A DNA stretch of 64,000 nt from Planctomycetota bacterium (GCA_029260765.1 JAJDCP010000113.1:3164-67163); one strand, 5' to 3'. Positions 36,416 through 46,529 are shown, numbered from the stretch's first letter. Notes: generated by a model from the letters alone, not told the origin. Numbers and translations are program-made.

Positions 36416-38983
36416 ATGGACCATCGCAACGCCATCCTCATCCTCGGCCTGCCCGCTGATGCCTCCCCTTCGGAAGTCGAGGAAGCCTACGCGCGTCGTG
36501 TGCGGGAGGTGCAGCGGGTGGCCGCGCAGGCACCGACGGCCGAGCTGCGCTCGAGCTGCCTGCAGACCCTTGAAGAGCTCGAACGCGCCCGCTTGGTCGC
36601 GAGCGACCCTCGCTACCGGCCGACCGGCCGCACCCAACGACCGCAACCGGCCTACTCCCGGGAAGCCCAGCGTGGGCCATCGGCGCGCATGCCTGTGGCA
36701 TCCGAGAGCGACGACAGCGGCGACACCACGGACACGATGGCCGAATCGGATACCAGCGACCTCGAGGGCGTCGAGTCGTTCCGCCTGGCCGCGGACGTCG
36801 GCGGTTTCCGCGAAGATTTCCAACTGACGGTGGGCACGTTCCGCATCGGCCGGGCTCCCGAGAACGACTTGACGGTCGACGACAGTTTTTTCTCTCGCCA
36901 CCACTGCGAGATTGTCGTCGAAGCCGGCAGGGCCACCCTCTTCGACCTGCAAAGCACCAACGGAACCCTGGTCAACAGCCGTCCGGTCAGCCAACGCCGG
37001 TTGCGCCCCGGCGACAGCATCCAGATCGGCACGTTGCAGGCGGTGTTCCGCCCTGGAGAGCGGGCAGGCATCGACCGGTTCGGGCTGTGGATCAGCATCC
37101 TCGTGTGCGCGCTGGTCGGCGGTCTGCTGCTCGGTTTTTTCGTGCGCGCGCAGCGCCAGGCTCCCGGCTCGTGGTGGCGCTGGGCGGCCCGCTTGCACGC
37201 GGTCCTTGGTGAGAGCCCGCCGAGCGTGGAGCCGCCGCCTGTGCAGCCCACGGTCGAGCCAATCACTACGCCTCCACCTGTGGCTGCCGAACCACGTATC
37301 GAGCTGCACTCTCCCGGCCAGGAGGACTGGCTCAATGTGCGCAGCGTCTGGCTACGCGGTCGCGTGCACCCGCGCGCAGGGTTCGAGTTGACGATCGCGG
37401 AGCGCTTCATCGCGATGGACGAAGACGGGGTGTTTGCGGCAGAGGTCGATCTGCCCGATGAACACAACCGGCTGCGGCTCGTCGTAGCCACGCTTGACGG
37501 AGAGCCCCAGGCAGACCTCGAGCTGCTGCTCCACGTCGACACGACGCCCCCCGAGCTGCGGCTGGTGCAGCCGAGCATCGAGTTGAGCAACCAGACCGAG
37601 CACGAAGTGCGCGTCTGGGCGTCTGACGAGACCCGGCGCGTACAGGTACAGGGCGAGGATCTCGCCCATCGCGGTCAGGGCATCTACACGAGCCGCGTGG
37701 TGCTCAGCGAAGGCGCGCAGGTGCTGCACATCGAAGCTTGGGATCGGGCAGGGAACCGGGCCCGCATAGACCATCCTCTGCACATCGACACCACAGGTCC
37801 CCAGCCGCTGGACGTGCAGATGCATCTGCTGGGCGACTCCGTACGTGCCCAGCTGCAGGCAGACGAAGAAGTGCGCGGATTCCAGAGCCCCGGAGGAAAC
37901 TGGCGCTCGATGCGCGGAGACCGGCTGGCCTGTCTGGTCAGTTTCGCCCAGAGCGACACGCTCGAGCTGCGCATCCGCGACGCCGCGGGCAACGTGACTG
38001 CCGTGGCTCTGCATCACGCATTGCTCGCCGACGCCTACTTGCAGCGGGCTCGGGAAGGAGCAGGAGACGCGGCGATTGCGGATCTCGAGCGTTGTCTCGA
38101 GCTCCGTCCGGCGCGCCTGGATGTCGAGCTGGAGCTTGATCGCTTGCTCTTTGAGGTCGGTCGGCCTGAGCAGGCCTTCGCAAGACTCGAGGAAGCGTTA
38201 CGACGTTGGCCCGACGAGGCCGCTCTGTGGGAACTGAGCGCGCGGCGACGCCGTGCGGCCGGTCTGCTCGAAGAAGCTCTGCAAGACTTCGCGAGGTTGC
38301 AGCAGCTCGAGCCTGAACGCGGCGCCCACTGGGCCGTGGCCGGCGCGTTGTTGCTCGAGCTGGGCGAGCCCGAAGCAGGCCGCCAGAAGCTGGAGGAGGC
38401 CGTGCGGCGCGGCTTCGGCGAGGCATGGCTGTGGGAGGCGCTCGCTCCGCTGCGTGAGCAGGCTGGCCAGCTCCAAGAGGCGCTTGCAGGTTGGTACGCG
38501 CTGCGTGCCCAGCGCCCCGCGGACGCGCCGCTGAGCTTGCATTGTGCCGAGCTCGAGAATCAGCTGGGACGCGAAGTCGATGCCATGACGCTGCTCGACC
38601 AGGCGATCGAGCTCGACGCCTCACTGTTGCAGGCCTTTGTCTTGCGTGCCGAGATCCGCATCCGCCACAACCGCCTGCAGGGGGCTCTGGCCGACTGCAA
38701 TGCGGCGTTGGCGCTCGATCCCGCGTGCGCCGCTGCGTGGGGGCAACGCGCGCAGGTCCACAGCCTGCAGGGTCAGCTCGCCCAAGCGCTGGCCGACGCG
38801 GGCCAGGTCATCGAGCTCGCTCCGAGCGCCGACGCCTACAATGCGCGGGCTGCCGTCGCCCTGGCGCTGCGCCAGTATTCGGGAGCCGAGAGCGACTGCC
38901 AGCGTGCCCTGCAGCTCGACCCGGAGCATGCCCTGGCCCTGCACAACCTCGAGCGCGCCCGCCGGGGTCTGCGGGGCGAGTAG
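36416..38983 (+). CDS. FHA domain protein with a J-domain-like N-terminus lacking HPD, one TM segment, a middle beta-rich region and C-terminal TPR repeats
   Basis: ILILGLPADASPSEVEEAYARRV. FHA signature FRIGRAPENDLTVDDSFFSRHHCEIV...STNGTLVN. TM ISILVCALVGGLLLGFFV. Repeated TPR-like helices to the C-terminus. Confidence 0.85.
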   Translation: MDHRNAILILGLPADASPSEVEEAYARRVREVQRVAAQAPTAELRSSCLQTLEELERARLVASDPRYRPTGRTQRPQPAYSREAQRGPSARMPVASESDDSGDTTDTMAESDTSDLEGVESFRLAADVGGFREDFQLTVGTFRIGRAPENDLTVDDSFFSRHHCEIVVEAGRATLFDLQSTNGTLVNSRPVSQRRLRPGDSIQIGTLQAVFRPGERAGIDRFGLWISILVCALVGGLLLGFFVRAQRQAPGSWWRWAARLHAVLGESPPSVEPPPVQPTVEPITTPPPVAAEPRIELHSPGQEDWLNVRSVWLRGRVHPRAGFELTIAERFIAMDEDGVFAAEVDLPDEHNRLRLVVATLDGEPQADLELLLHVDTTPPELRLVQPSIELSNQTEHEVRVWASDETRRVQVQGEDLAHRGQGIYTSRVVLSEGAQVLHIEAWDRAGNRARIDHPLHIDTTGPQPLDVQMHLLGDSVRAQLQADEEVRGFQSPGGNWRSMRGDRLACLVSFAQSDTLELRIRDAAGNVTAVALHHALLADAYLQRAREGAGDAAIADLERCLELRPARLDVELELDRLLFEVGRPEQAFARLEEALRRWPDEAALWELSARRRRAAGLLEEALQDFARLQQLEPERGAHWAVAGALLLELGEPEAGRQKLEEAVRRGFGEAWLWEALAPLREQAGQLQEALAGWYALRAQRPADAPLSLHCAELENQLGREVDAMTLLDQAIELDASLLQAFVLRAEIRIRHNRLQGALADCNAALALDPACAAAWGQRAQVHSLQGQLAQALADAGQVIELAPSADAYNARAAVALALRQYSGAESDCQRALQLDPEHALALHNLERARRGLRGE

Positions 38984-39256
38984 CGCCTGCGGCACTAGCC
39001 TGGAGTTTGGCGATTTCCGGGGATCGGCCGCCAGGCTATCCGGCGGGCAACAACCGGTGTGCGAGCTCGACGCCCAATACTTTTGAGGAATGCCTCTCGG
39101 CAAGGGGTGCGGTGGAAGTGGCGAAGCGAAGTAGCGAGACCCGGTCATCCGGGAACGGCCCGGCCTACTCGACACCGCCGGCGAGACGGATCTCCGCGGA
39201 TGAACCAAGTTTCCCTGAGAGACCCCCGCCAGGGCCCTGCTCATAGACCGACGCTA

Positions 39257-39291
39257 CAGCGGCTGCAAGCCGCTGCCGCAGCGGCTTTTCG
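39257..39291 (+). terminator. Hairpin AAGCCGCTG-CCG-CAGCGGCTT followed by TT(C); an upstream copy of CAGCGGCT can form a mutually exclusive hairpin (candidate terminator/attenuator)
   Basis: CAGCGGCT at 39257-39264 and 39279-39286, with its exact complement AGCCGCTG at 39268-39275. T-run at 39086-like positions 39286-39289. Confidence 0.35.
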
Positions 39292-39383
39292 CTCCACCGG
39301 TAGCGAAGCCCTCCCGGGCCTCCTTGGGAATCCGCGAAACATTCTGCCTGTTTCCATCGTCTTGATGGAAATAGGAGACTGTT

Positions 39384-40142
39384 ATGCGTGTCGCTGTCTG
39401 CGTCCTGCTCCTCATCCCCAGCTTGTATGCCGAAGACCCGCTGCCGAGCACCAAGCTCGGCTGGCTGGTGCACTTCACCCCCCAAGAGCAGCTTGCTGAC
39501 ACGCGCCTGCAATTCCGCGCCGGGCGTGCTCTGCAACGACTGGCAGACCCATCGCTCGAGACCCGGGATCAGGCCGAGCAAGACCTGGTCGCGCTCGGCA
39601 GCGCGGTGCTTCCACAGCTCGCAGAGATTCTTGAGGCTGAGCCCGCGCCGGAGCTGCGCTTCCGGCTCTTGCGCGTGCTCGACAGCTTCTGGCGGCAGCC
39701 ACCCGCGGCGGCCTTTCCTGAGCGCTGGGAAGAACACCCCTTGCGAGACAACGGCGCCTACCAGATCGAAGCGACCGGAGAGGTCGGCCCCTTCGAGGGC
39801 CGTTACCGGGTGCTCGACGCCGACAGTCAGGAAGTCTATGCCTTCGATGGGCACAGCCAGCAGAGTTGGTGTGTGCGTGCGGAGGTCTTGTATTTGACCG
39901 AGTTCCACAGCATGTCCTCAGGCTGCTCGGTGGCGGCGATCGACCTTGCCGACGGGGCCCTGCTGTGGCGGGCGCAGCTCGCAGGCCTGGGCAGGATCGC
40001 CCACTCGAAGTACTCGAACAGCGTCAACCTGATCGAGGCTGAAGGAGAGCTGGCGGTCTTCGGCAATGAGGCCGCCGGGCGTTACTACGAGGTGCTTGCC
40101 AGCGAAGATGGGCGGCAGCTGTTCCACATGCTGGTGCCGTGA
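39384..40142 (+). CDS. Secreted hypothetical protein
   Basis: AGGAG 6 nt upstream of the ATG. Signal peptide MRVAVCVLLLIPSLYA. High GC3. No family recognised. Confidence 0.6.
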   Translation: MRVAVCVLLLIPSLYAEDPLPSTKLGWLVHFTPQEQLADTRLQFRAGRALQRLADPSLETRDQAEQDLVALGSAVLPQLAEILEAEPAPELRFRLLRVLDSFWRQPPAAAFPERWEEHPLRDNGAYQIEATGEVGPFEGRYRVLDADSQEVYAFDGHSQQSWCVRAEVLYLTEFHSMSSGCSVAAIDLADGALLWRAQLAGLGRIAHSKYSNSVNLIEAEGELAVFGNEAAGRYYEVLASEDGRQLFHMLVP

Positions 40143-40210
40143 GCTCTGGGTTAGCTTGAGGGAGGGAAACGGCCCGCCCCCTTGTCCTGTAGCACTCCAG
40201 GAGCCCCGCG

Positions 40211-40777
40211 ATGAACCTGCTCGAGCTCGACACGGCCAGCGCCTGGCGCGACTGGCTGGCAGCGCATCACTCCGACACGCGTGAAATCTGGCTGGTGTTC
40301 TTCAAGAAACACACCGGCCGCAGCACGATTCCGTACGGCGCGGCCGTCGAGGAGGCGCTGTGTTACGGCTGGATCGACAGCATCAAACGCCGCATCGACG
40401 AGGACCGCTACGCTTTCAAGTTCACTCCTCGGAAGGCCAGGAGCCACTGGTCAGCCAGCAACAAACAGCGCATCGCCCGCCTTCTAGAACAGGACCGGCT
40501 GCAGCCGCCCGGCCTCGCGGTGTTGCAGGCCTCGCAGGCCAATGGTTGGTGGGACAAGCTGCCGGATGCCGAGCGCGATGCAACGATGCCTGCTGAGCTT
40601 CAGCAGCAGCTGACGAGCACCCCCAAAGCGCGGCAAGGCTACGAGGCGTTGACGGCTGCGCAACAGCGCCAGTACCGCCTCTGGGTCGGCTCGGCCAAAC
40701 GGCCGGCAACCCGTGAGAAGCGGGCGCTCGAAGCGCGTGGGAAGCTGGAGCGCGGTGAGCGGCTGGGGATGAAATAG
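40211..40777 (+). CDS. YdeI/OmpD-associated (bacteriocin-protection) family protein
   Basis: WRDWLAAHH...EIWLVFFKK...EEALCYGWIDSIKRRIDEDRYAFKFTPRK..SHWSASN is the characteristic YdeI pattern. Confidence 0.8.
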   Translation: MNLLELDTASAWRDWLAAHHSDTREIWLVFFKKHTGRSTIPYGAAVEEALCYGWIDSIKRRIDEDRYAFKFTPRKARSHWSASNKQRIARLLEQDRLQPPGLAVLQASQANGWWDKLPDAERDATMPAELQQQLTSTPKARQGYEALTAAQQRQYRLWVGSAKRPATREKRALEARGKLERGERLGMK

Positions 40778-40784
40778 CTCGCTT

Positions 40785-41666
40785 TCAAGCCGGCCGCAGT
40801 TGATCGAGCAACCCCTGCATGGCCGCGCGCACGCGGCGGTCGTGGGCGACCACGGCCTCTTTGGGGATCGGGGCGCCGGGCTCGAATTGCTCGAGCGGCT
40901 CGATCGGGTCGCCGACCAGATAGCGGAAACGGGCCGGCAGCGGGAAGTGCGGGAGCGGCCCGATGCCCAGGCCCCAGGGCAGGGACAGGTGGATCGGGAA
41001 GATCCGCGCACGGGCCAACTTGTAAAGGCCGAGCTTCTCGGCCAACCAGCGCCCATCGCTGAGCACGATCAGGGTGTCGTGGGCCCCCGCGCAGGCAATC
41101 GGCACGGTCGGCACGCCCGCGGCGAGGGCCAGCCGGGCATAGCCCGTGCGGCCCGACCAGCGCAGCTGGTAACGCTGCGACCAGGGCCGCCAGGTCTCGA
41201 CATCTCCGCCAGGCATCACCACCAGGTCGCGGCGCAGCTCGGCGAGCACGTGACGGGCCAGCTCCGGATCCGCACGCAACGCCCCACAGGCGGCGAACGA
41301 CCGGCCGACGGACTCGAGCGCGAAGATCATGTCGTGGCCGAGGGCGTGGATCGGCCGTCCCGTACCGAAGGTCTGATACCACAAGTGCAGCAGGCCCCAG
41401 GCGTCGGGGATGGTGGTCCCCCCGGAGTGGTTGGCGACGATCAACGCGGGCGCGTTGGGGATCTTCTCCATGCCCTGTGCCTCGACCTCGAAGTAGCGGC
41501 CAGGACCAAAGATCCGCCGCACACGCGCCAACACACGCTCGACGACTTCGGGCTGAAAGTCGTCGGGGCAGGTTCCCAGACGCTCGTCATGCAGCCGGTC
41601 GAAGATCCGGCTCAGAAAAGAGCGCCGGTCGCCGGCAGTCGTTCGAGGGGGGGCAGCAGATTGCAT
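40785..41666 (-). CDS. Lysophospholipid/glycerol-phosphate acyltransferase family protein (PlsC-like)
   Basis: LIVANHSGGTTIPDAWG (Hx4D-type block) and PGGDVETWRP. ATG at 41666 with GGAGAAGG upstream. Confidence 0.75.
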   Translation of the reverse strand: MQSAAPPRTTAGDRRSFLSRIFDRLHDERLGTCPDDFQPEVVERVLARVRRIFGPGRYFEVEAQGMEKIPNAPALIVANHSGGTTIPDAWGLLHLWYQTFGTGRPIHALGHDMIFALESVGRSFAACGALRADPELARHVLAELRRDLVVMPGGDVETWRPWSQRYQLRWSGRTGYARLALAAGVPTVPIACAGAHDTLIVLSDGRWLAEKLGLYKLARARIFPIHLSLPWGLGIGPLPHFPLPARFRYLVGDPIEPLEQFEPGAPIPKEAVVAHDRRVRAAMQGLLDQLRPA

Positions 41667-41913
41667 CGGCCTTCTCCGTTCGCGCGCCGGCTTCAAGTGA
41701 AACCGGGGTGGGGCCCACGGTCAAGGTTCGACTGCGACGAACAACTGAAGTCGCACCAATTGCGCTGCACCGTCGACAGATTCCTATCGAGACTTGCATG
41801 GTGAAATGGTAGTTTTGGACTGAAGAGTTGAGTTGGCACAAGTGTTCGCTGTGCTCCACCCGGCCCTCTTCGGGGCGGGCCGCTCGCGCACTGGAGAGAT
41901 CTCAGAGAGGAAG

Positions 41914-44076
41914 ATGGTGGACCCCCATATCGAACAGCTCTGCGCATTGCTGCAGAGCGCACTCGTGGGTGATCCCACGGACGGGGTCACATCGCTGCAA
42001 GCGAGCACAGACCCCAGCATGAGGCGCGCGGCTGAGCTGGTCGCAAACCTGTACGCGAGGCTCGAGCGCCTGCGAGCAGAATGCCTGGAGGTGCGGAAAG
42101 ACCTCAGCGACACCGCGAGTTTTCTCGACTCGATCGTCGAGAACATTCCCGACATGGTCTTCGTCAAGGACGCGCGCGACCTCCGATTCGTCAAGCTGAA
42201 CCGCGCAGCCGAAGAGCTGATGGGTTTTCGCCGCGAAGACCTGTTGGGGCGCACCGACCTCGACGTGTTCCCTGAAGAGCAGGCCCGCTTCTTCCAGGCC
42301 AAAGACCGCGAGGTGTTGGCAGAGCGCAACCTGGTCGATGTTCCTCAAGAGCCGCTCAGCACCCCCCATCACGGCACCCGCATTCTACACACCCGCAAGG
42401 TGCCGATCATCGATGCGGATGGGGAACCCCGCTACCTGTTGGGCATCTCCACCGACGTGACTGAGCGCCTGGCGACAGAGAGCGCGCTGCGCACCGCGCA
42501 ACAGATCGAGACAGAGCTGCGGGCGGAGAAGGAGCTGAACCAGAGGATCCTCGAGTGCCTGCCTGGAGGAGTGGTGCATGTCGGGCCCGATGGCGCCATC
42601 CTGACCGCCAACGAGAGCGCCCTCGCCATTCTGGGGATGCGCTTCGACACCCTGACGGGACGCTATGTAGCAGACTTCGACGGCGAGACCGTGTTCGAAG
42701 ACGGCAGCCCGTGCCGGGTGCCAGACTACCCCGTCAGCGGTGCGCTGGCGACCGGGACGGCGCAGGGGCCGGTCACCCTCGGCGTACGGAACCAGGACGG
42801 AACCATCTCGTGGGCCGTCTACGCTGCGGTGCCGACCTTCGACGGCGACCAGGTCTCGGGGGCCGTGGTGACCCTGCTGGACATCACCGACCGCAAGAAG
42901 GCTGAAGAAGAACGTCATCGTATCGAGGTCGGGCTGCTGCAAGCGCAGAAACTCGAGAGCCTGGGATTGCTGTCGGGAGGCATCGCCCACGACTTCAACA
43001 ACCTGCTGGTGGCCATCATCGGCAACGCTGGGCTCGCGCTGCTCGATCTACCCGAGGCATCCCCCGTCCGTGAGACCATCGGGCAGATCGACACAGCCGC
43101 GCGCCGGGCCGCCGACCTGACGCGCCAGCTGCTCGCATATTCGGGCAGAGGCCAACTGCAGACGGAAATCGTCGATCTCAACGAGCTGGTCGTCGAGATG
43201 GCCGGCCTGCTCGAGTTCTCGATTCCCAAACATGTCGAATTCGTGCGCAGCACCAGCGGCGTGCTGCCACCTGTCGAGGCCGATCCGGCACAGCTGCGGC
43301 AGGTCATCATGAACCTGATCACCAACGCCGCCGAGTCTGTCGACGCGCGCGTCGGCGGGCGTGTGCAGGTACGCACGCGGATGCGCAAGCTCGATCACAG
43401 CTTCCTCACTGAGGCCCGGGCTGCAACTCAGCTCCAGCCTGGTTCCTTCGTCTGTTGCGAGGTCGTCGACGATGGCGTGGGCATGGCGGTCGAGGTCCGT
43501 GCCCGTATGTTCGATCCGTTCTTTACCACCAAGCGCACAGGCCGCGGGCTGGGCCTGGCAGCCGTGCTCGGGATCGTGCGTCGCCACGGCGGGGCGATCC
43601 ACGTCGAGCCCCTCAACCAGGGCGGCACCTGCATCACCGTCGCGCTCCCGGCGAGTGCAGGCCCCAGGCCCGCGGTCGAGCGCCCGGTCGAGGCTGACAA
43701 TGAGGGCGCGCGGACCGGTGTGCTGCTGGTGGTCGACGACGACCCGGCTGTGCGCGACATCGCCCGGAAGACCCTGACCCGGCTGGGCTACACGGTGCTC
43801 TGCGCGCAGGACGGGCTGGAGGGACTCGAGGTCTTTGATGCTAGCGACCAGCCTGTGGCCGGCGTGCTGCTTGATCTGACCATGCCCCGCCTCGACGGCG
43901 CGCGCACCCTGCACGAGCTGCGCAAGCGTGCTCCACTGCTGCCGGTTTTGCTGACCAGCGGCTTCAGTGAGCAGGACGCCGCCCGGAACCTGGGGGCGGA
44001 CTGCGTCGCGGGCTTTCTGCCCAAGCCCTGGGGACCGCGTGAGCTGGCGGCGGCCATCGAGAACCTGCTTGGCTGA
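41914..44076 (+). CDS. PAS-domain hybrid sensor histidine kinase with C-terminal receiver
   Basis: Two PAS-like segments. H-box GGIAHDFNNLLVAIIGN. HATPase (NLITNAAES, DDGVGM, GRGLGLAAVLG). REC (LLVVDDDPAVR...DLTMPRLDG). Start uncertain (ATG 41914 or TTG 41833). Confidence 0.88.
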   Translation: MVDPHIEQLCALLQSALVGDPTDGVTSLQASTDPSMRRAAELVANLYARLERLRAECLEVRKDLSDTASFLDSIVENIPDMVFVKDARDLRFVKLNRAAEELMGFRREDLLGRTDLDVFPEEQARFFQAKDREVLAERNLVDVPQEPLSTPHHGTRILHTRKVPIIDADGEPRYLLGISTDVTERLATESALRTAQQIETELRAEKELNQRILECLPGGVVHVGPDGAILTANESALAILGMRFDTLTGRYVADFDGETVFEDGSPCRVPDYPVSGALATGTAQGPVTLGVRNQDGTISWAVYAAVPTFDGDQVSGAVVTLLDITDRKKAEEERHRIEVGLLQAQKLESLGLLSGGIAHDFNNLLVAIIGNAGLALLDLPEASPVRETIGQIDTAARRAADLTRQLLAYSGRGQLQTEIVDLNELVVEMAGLLEFSIPKHVEFVRSTSGVLPPVEADPAQLRQVIMNLITNAAESVDARVGGRVQVRTRMRKLDHSFLTEARAATQLQPGSFVCCEVVDDGVGMAVEVRARMFDPFFTTKRTGRGLGLAAVLGIVRRHGGAIHVEPLNQGGTCITVALPASAGPRPAVERPVEADNEGARTGVLLVVDDDPAVRDIARKTLTRLGYTVLCAQDGLEGLEVFDASDQPVAGVLLDLTMPRLDGARTLHELRKRAPLLPVLLTSGFSEQDAARNLGADCVAGFLPKPWGPRELAAAIENLLG

Positions 44077-44147
44077 AAGGGGCGTTTGGCACGGTCCGCC
44101 GCGTGCAGCTATAGTGTAGAAAGTTGGTCAAAGACAGAGGCGGGCCC

Positions 44148-45344
44148 ATGGCAGAGCGATTGGAAGGCCCCGAGGCCGTGGGCCATCTCTTACGGCGTGC
44201 GGGTTTCGGGCAGTCTGCAGAGAGCGCGGAGCGTCTGGCCGGACGCAGCTTTGAAGATGTGCTCGAAGAGCTGCTGGCGGATCTCGAGGGCCAGGCCGTC
44301 CCCGATCCTCCGGGCTTCGATGCCTACGAGCCCGGCGCCATCCAGCAGCTTTGGCTCGAGCGCATGCTCGCGGGGCGCGCGCCCCTGGTCGAGAAACTCG
44401 CCTTCTTCTGGCATGGCCATTTCGCGACCTCAGACGTCAAGGTGCGTGATCCGCAGTTGATGTGGAACCAGTACCAGCTGTTCCGTCGCTTGGGTGCCGG
44501 CAGCTTCCGCGAGCTTCTGCTCGGCGTCAGCCGCGATGTGGCCATGATCCGCTGGCTCGACGGCAACGCCAACCGCGCACGGCATCCCAACGAGAACTAT
44601 GCCCGCGAGCTGCAAGAGCTGTTCACCTTGGGCCGGGGCGCGTATTCGGAGGCGGACATCCGCGAGGTCGCCCGGGCCTTCAGCGGCTGGGGCAGCAGCT
44701 TCCACGAGTTTGTCTTCCAGGCCCAATTCCACGATGACGGGACCAAGACCATCCATGGCCAGACGGGTCCCTTCGATGGCGAGGATGTTGTCGGGTTGCT
44801 GGTCGATCTGCCGGCCTGCCATAGCTTTATCGCGGGGAAGCTGCTGCGCTTCTTCTCGCATCCCGAGCCTCTGCCCGAGCAGGTGGAGGCGCTGGCCGAG
44901 GTGTTCCGCGCCCGTGACTTCGACATCGCTGCTACGCTGCGGGCCTTGTTTCTGGCGCCGGCTTTCCTGCAACGCAGCAGCTGGCGTAGCCTGGTCAAGA
45001 CACCTGTCGAGTTTGCGGTCGGCGCGCTACGGGCGGCGGGCTTCAGCACGCTGCCCCGTTGGACGCACGGTTCCATCGACCTGATGGGGCAGATCCTGTT
45101 CCGGCCCCCGTCGGTCAAAGGCTGGCCCGAGGGGGCCTCCTGGTTGTCGAGCGCCGGCGTGGTCGAACGGCTGCGCTTCGCCCAACGCCTGGCTGAGCGG
45201 GCGCCGCTCGAGGCAGCGGGGCGGCTCGAGCAGGTGGCCCTCGATGGATCGCTGCCGCCTGAGCTGGCCGAGGCTCTGCAGAGCGTCAAGGGCCGGCAGC
45301 GTGCGGCGATGATCCTCGGCTCTCCCGAATTCCAGTTGCGTTGA
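44148..45344 (+). CDS. DUF1800 family protein
   Basis: FWHGHFATS..., MIRWLDGNANRARHPNENYARELQELFTLGRG.YSEADIREVARAFSGW is the DUF1800 signature region. Confidence 0.85.
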   Translation: MAERLEGPEAVGHLLRRAGFGQSAESAERLAGRSFEDVLEELLADLEGQAVPDPPGFDAYEPGAIQQLWLERMLAGRAPLVEKLAFFWHGHFATSDVKVRDPQLMWNQYQLFRRLGAGSFRELLLGVSRDVAMIRWLDGNANRARHPNENYARELQELFTLGRGAYSEADIREVARAFSGWGSSFHEFVFQAQFHDDGTKTIHGQTGPFDGEDVVGLLVDLPACHSFIAGKLLRFFSHPEPLPEQVEALAEVFRARDFDIAATLRALFLAPAFLQRSSWRSLVKTPVEFAVGALRAAGFSTLPRWTHGSIDLMGQILFRPPSVKGWPEGASWLSSAGVVERLRFAQRLAERAPLEAAGRLEQVALDGSLPPELAEALQSVKGRQRAAMILGSPEFQLR

Positions 45345-45368
45345 ACCCCCAACCCTGCGAGGTGTCTT

Positions 45369-46529
45369 GTGAGCTTTGATCGACGCGGATTTCTGAAGCG
45401 GGCGCTGGCAGGCGGGATGCTCCTGAGCCTGCCCCGCTGGCTGGGGGCCGACGAGCCCGCCGGGACGGCCGGCAAGACCCTGGTGTTGTTGCATCTGGTG
45501 GGCGGCAACGATGGACTGAACACGGTGATCCCGTACAAGCAGCCGCGCTACCGCGCGTTGCGCCCGACTCTGGGAGTGGCGGCCAACCAGGTGCTCGAGG
45601 TCGACGACGAGCTGGGTCTGCACCCGTCCTTGCGACCGCTGCTGGGGCAGCTCGAAGCGGGCAATCTGGCGATCGTCAACGGCGTCGGCTACGAGCGTCC
45701 GGACTTCAGCCACTTCCGCGCCACCGAGATCTGGTACACGGCCGAACCCGAGCAGTCGCCCCGAGAGGGCTGGATCGGCCGGGCTTTGCAGGCCGGCAGC
45801 TCGCAAGCGCCGGTGCGGGCCATCGCGCTGGCGAAGGAGCAGCCGCTCAGCTTTGCAGGCGCGGGCAGTGGTGTGCTGACGATGACCGACTTCGGCCGGC
45901 TGCAGGTGCCGCGCGCCCAAGCGTCCACTGCCGAGCTCTATGAGCGTTACGCCGGTCTGCAGGGCACGCGCGAGCAGGTGGGTGCGGCGGGCGCCGAGGC
46001 CCTGGCAGTTGCGGAACGCATCGCACGGCTGCGGCCGGCCAGCGGGCCGTTCTCGGGCAGGTTGGGAGATGACCTGCGCAAAGTCCTCGCGTTGTTGGAC
46101 GCCGACCTGCAGCTCGAGGCGATCCATCTCGGCTTGGGCGGTTTCGACACCCATGCGGGCCAGGCGGCTCCGCATGCAGGCCTGCTGGGTGCGGTGGCCA
46201 ACAACTTGAACGCCTTCCAGAACCGGCTGGCAGAGCTGGGCCTGGCCGACAAAGTCGTCACCATGGTGTACAGCGAGTTCGGCCGACGCCCGGCCCAGAA
46301 TGCTTCGGGCGGCACCGACCACGGCTCGGCGGGCCCGGTGCTCGTGCTCAGCCCGGCAGTGCGAGCGGGCTTCCACGGAGCGCACCCGGACCTCGAGACG
46401 CTGAACAATGGCAACCTCATCTACACAGTCGATTTCCGCAGCGTCTATGCTGCGCTGCTGGAAGGGGCCCTCAAGCTCGACCCGCAGCCGGTGCTGGGTG
46501 CTCGCGAACCTTTGGAGCTCTTCGCATGA
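45369..46529 (+). CDS. DUF1501 family protein with twin-arginine signal
   Basis: MSFDRRGFLKRALAGG (Tat motif). GGFDTHAGQ, EFGRRP..N..GGTDHG is the typical DUF1501 (sulfatase-fold) pattern. Confidence 0.88.
   Translation: MSFDRRGFLKRALAGGMLLSLPRWLGADEPAGTAGKTLVLLHLVGGNDGLNTVIPYKQPRYRALRPTLGVAANQVLEVDDELGLHPSLRPLLGQLEAGNLAIVNGVGYERPDFSHFRATEIWYTAEPEQSPREGWIGRALQAGSSQAPVRAIALAKEQPLSFAGAGSGVLTMTDFGRLQVPRAQASTAELYERYAGLQGTREQVGAAGAEALAVAERIARLRPASGPFSGRLGDDLRKVLALLDADLQLEAIHLGLGGFDTHAGQAAPHAGLLGAVANNLNAFQNRLAELGLADKVVTMVYSEFGRRPAQNASGGTDHGSAGPVLVLSPAVRAGFHGAHPDLETLNNGNLIYTVDFRSVYAALLEGALKLDPQPVLGAREPLELFA

Noticed and set aside
39104-39260. TPP-riboswitch-like fragments (GGGGTGC ... CTGAGAGACCCC ... 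CCTGCTC) in the long leader
   Set aside because: The P3 equivalent would be about 105 nt. I could not form the P4/P5 pyrophosphate-sensor helix (GG.UAAU.CC.GCG.AGGGA). The downstream gene is not thiamine-related. I treat it as a chance resemblance pending an Infernal scan.
39059-39499. ORF 39059..39499 (+), which reads the triple CAGCGGCT/AGCCGCTG segment as an Ala-rich peptide
   Set aside because: It overlaps the well-supported secreted-protein gene starting at 39384 (AGGAG RBS, signal peptide) in another frame. It has no RBS and a low-complexity translation.
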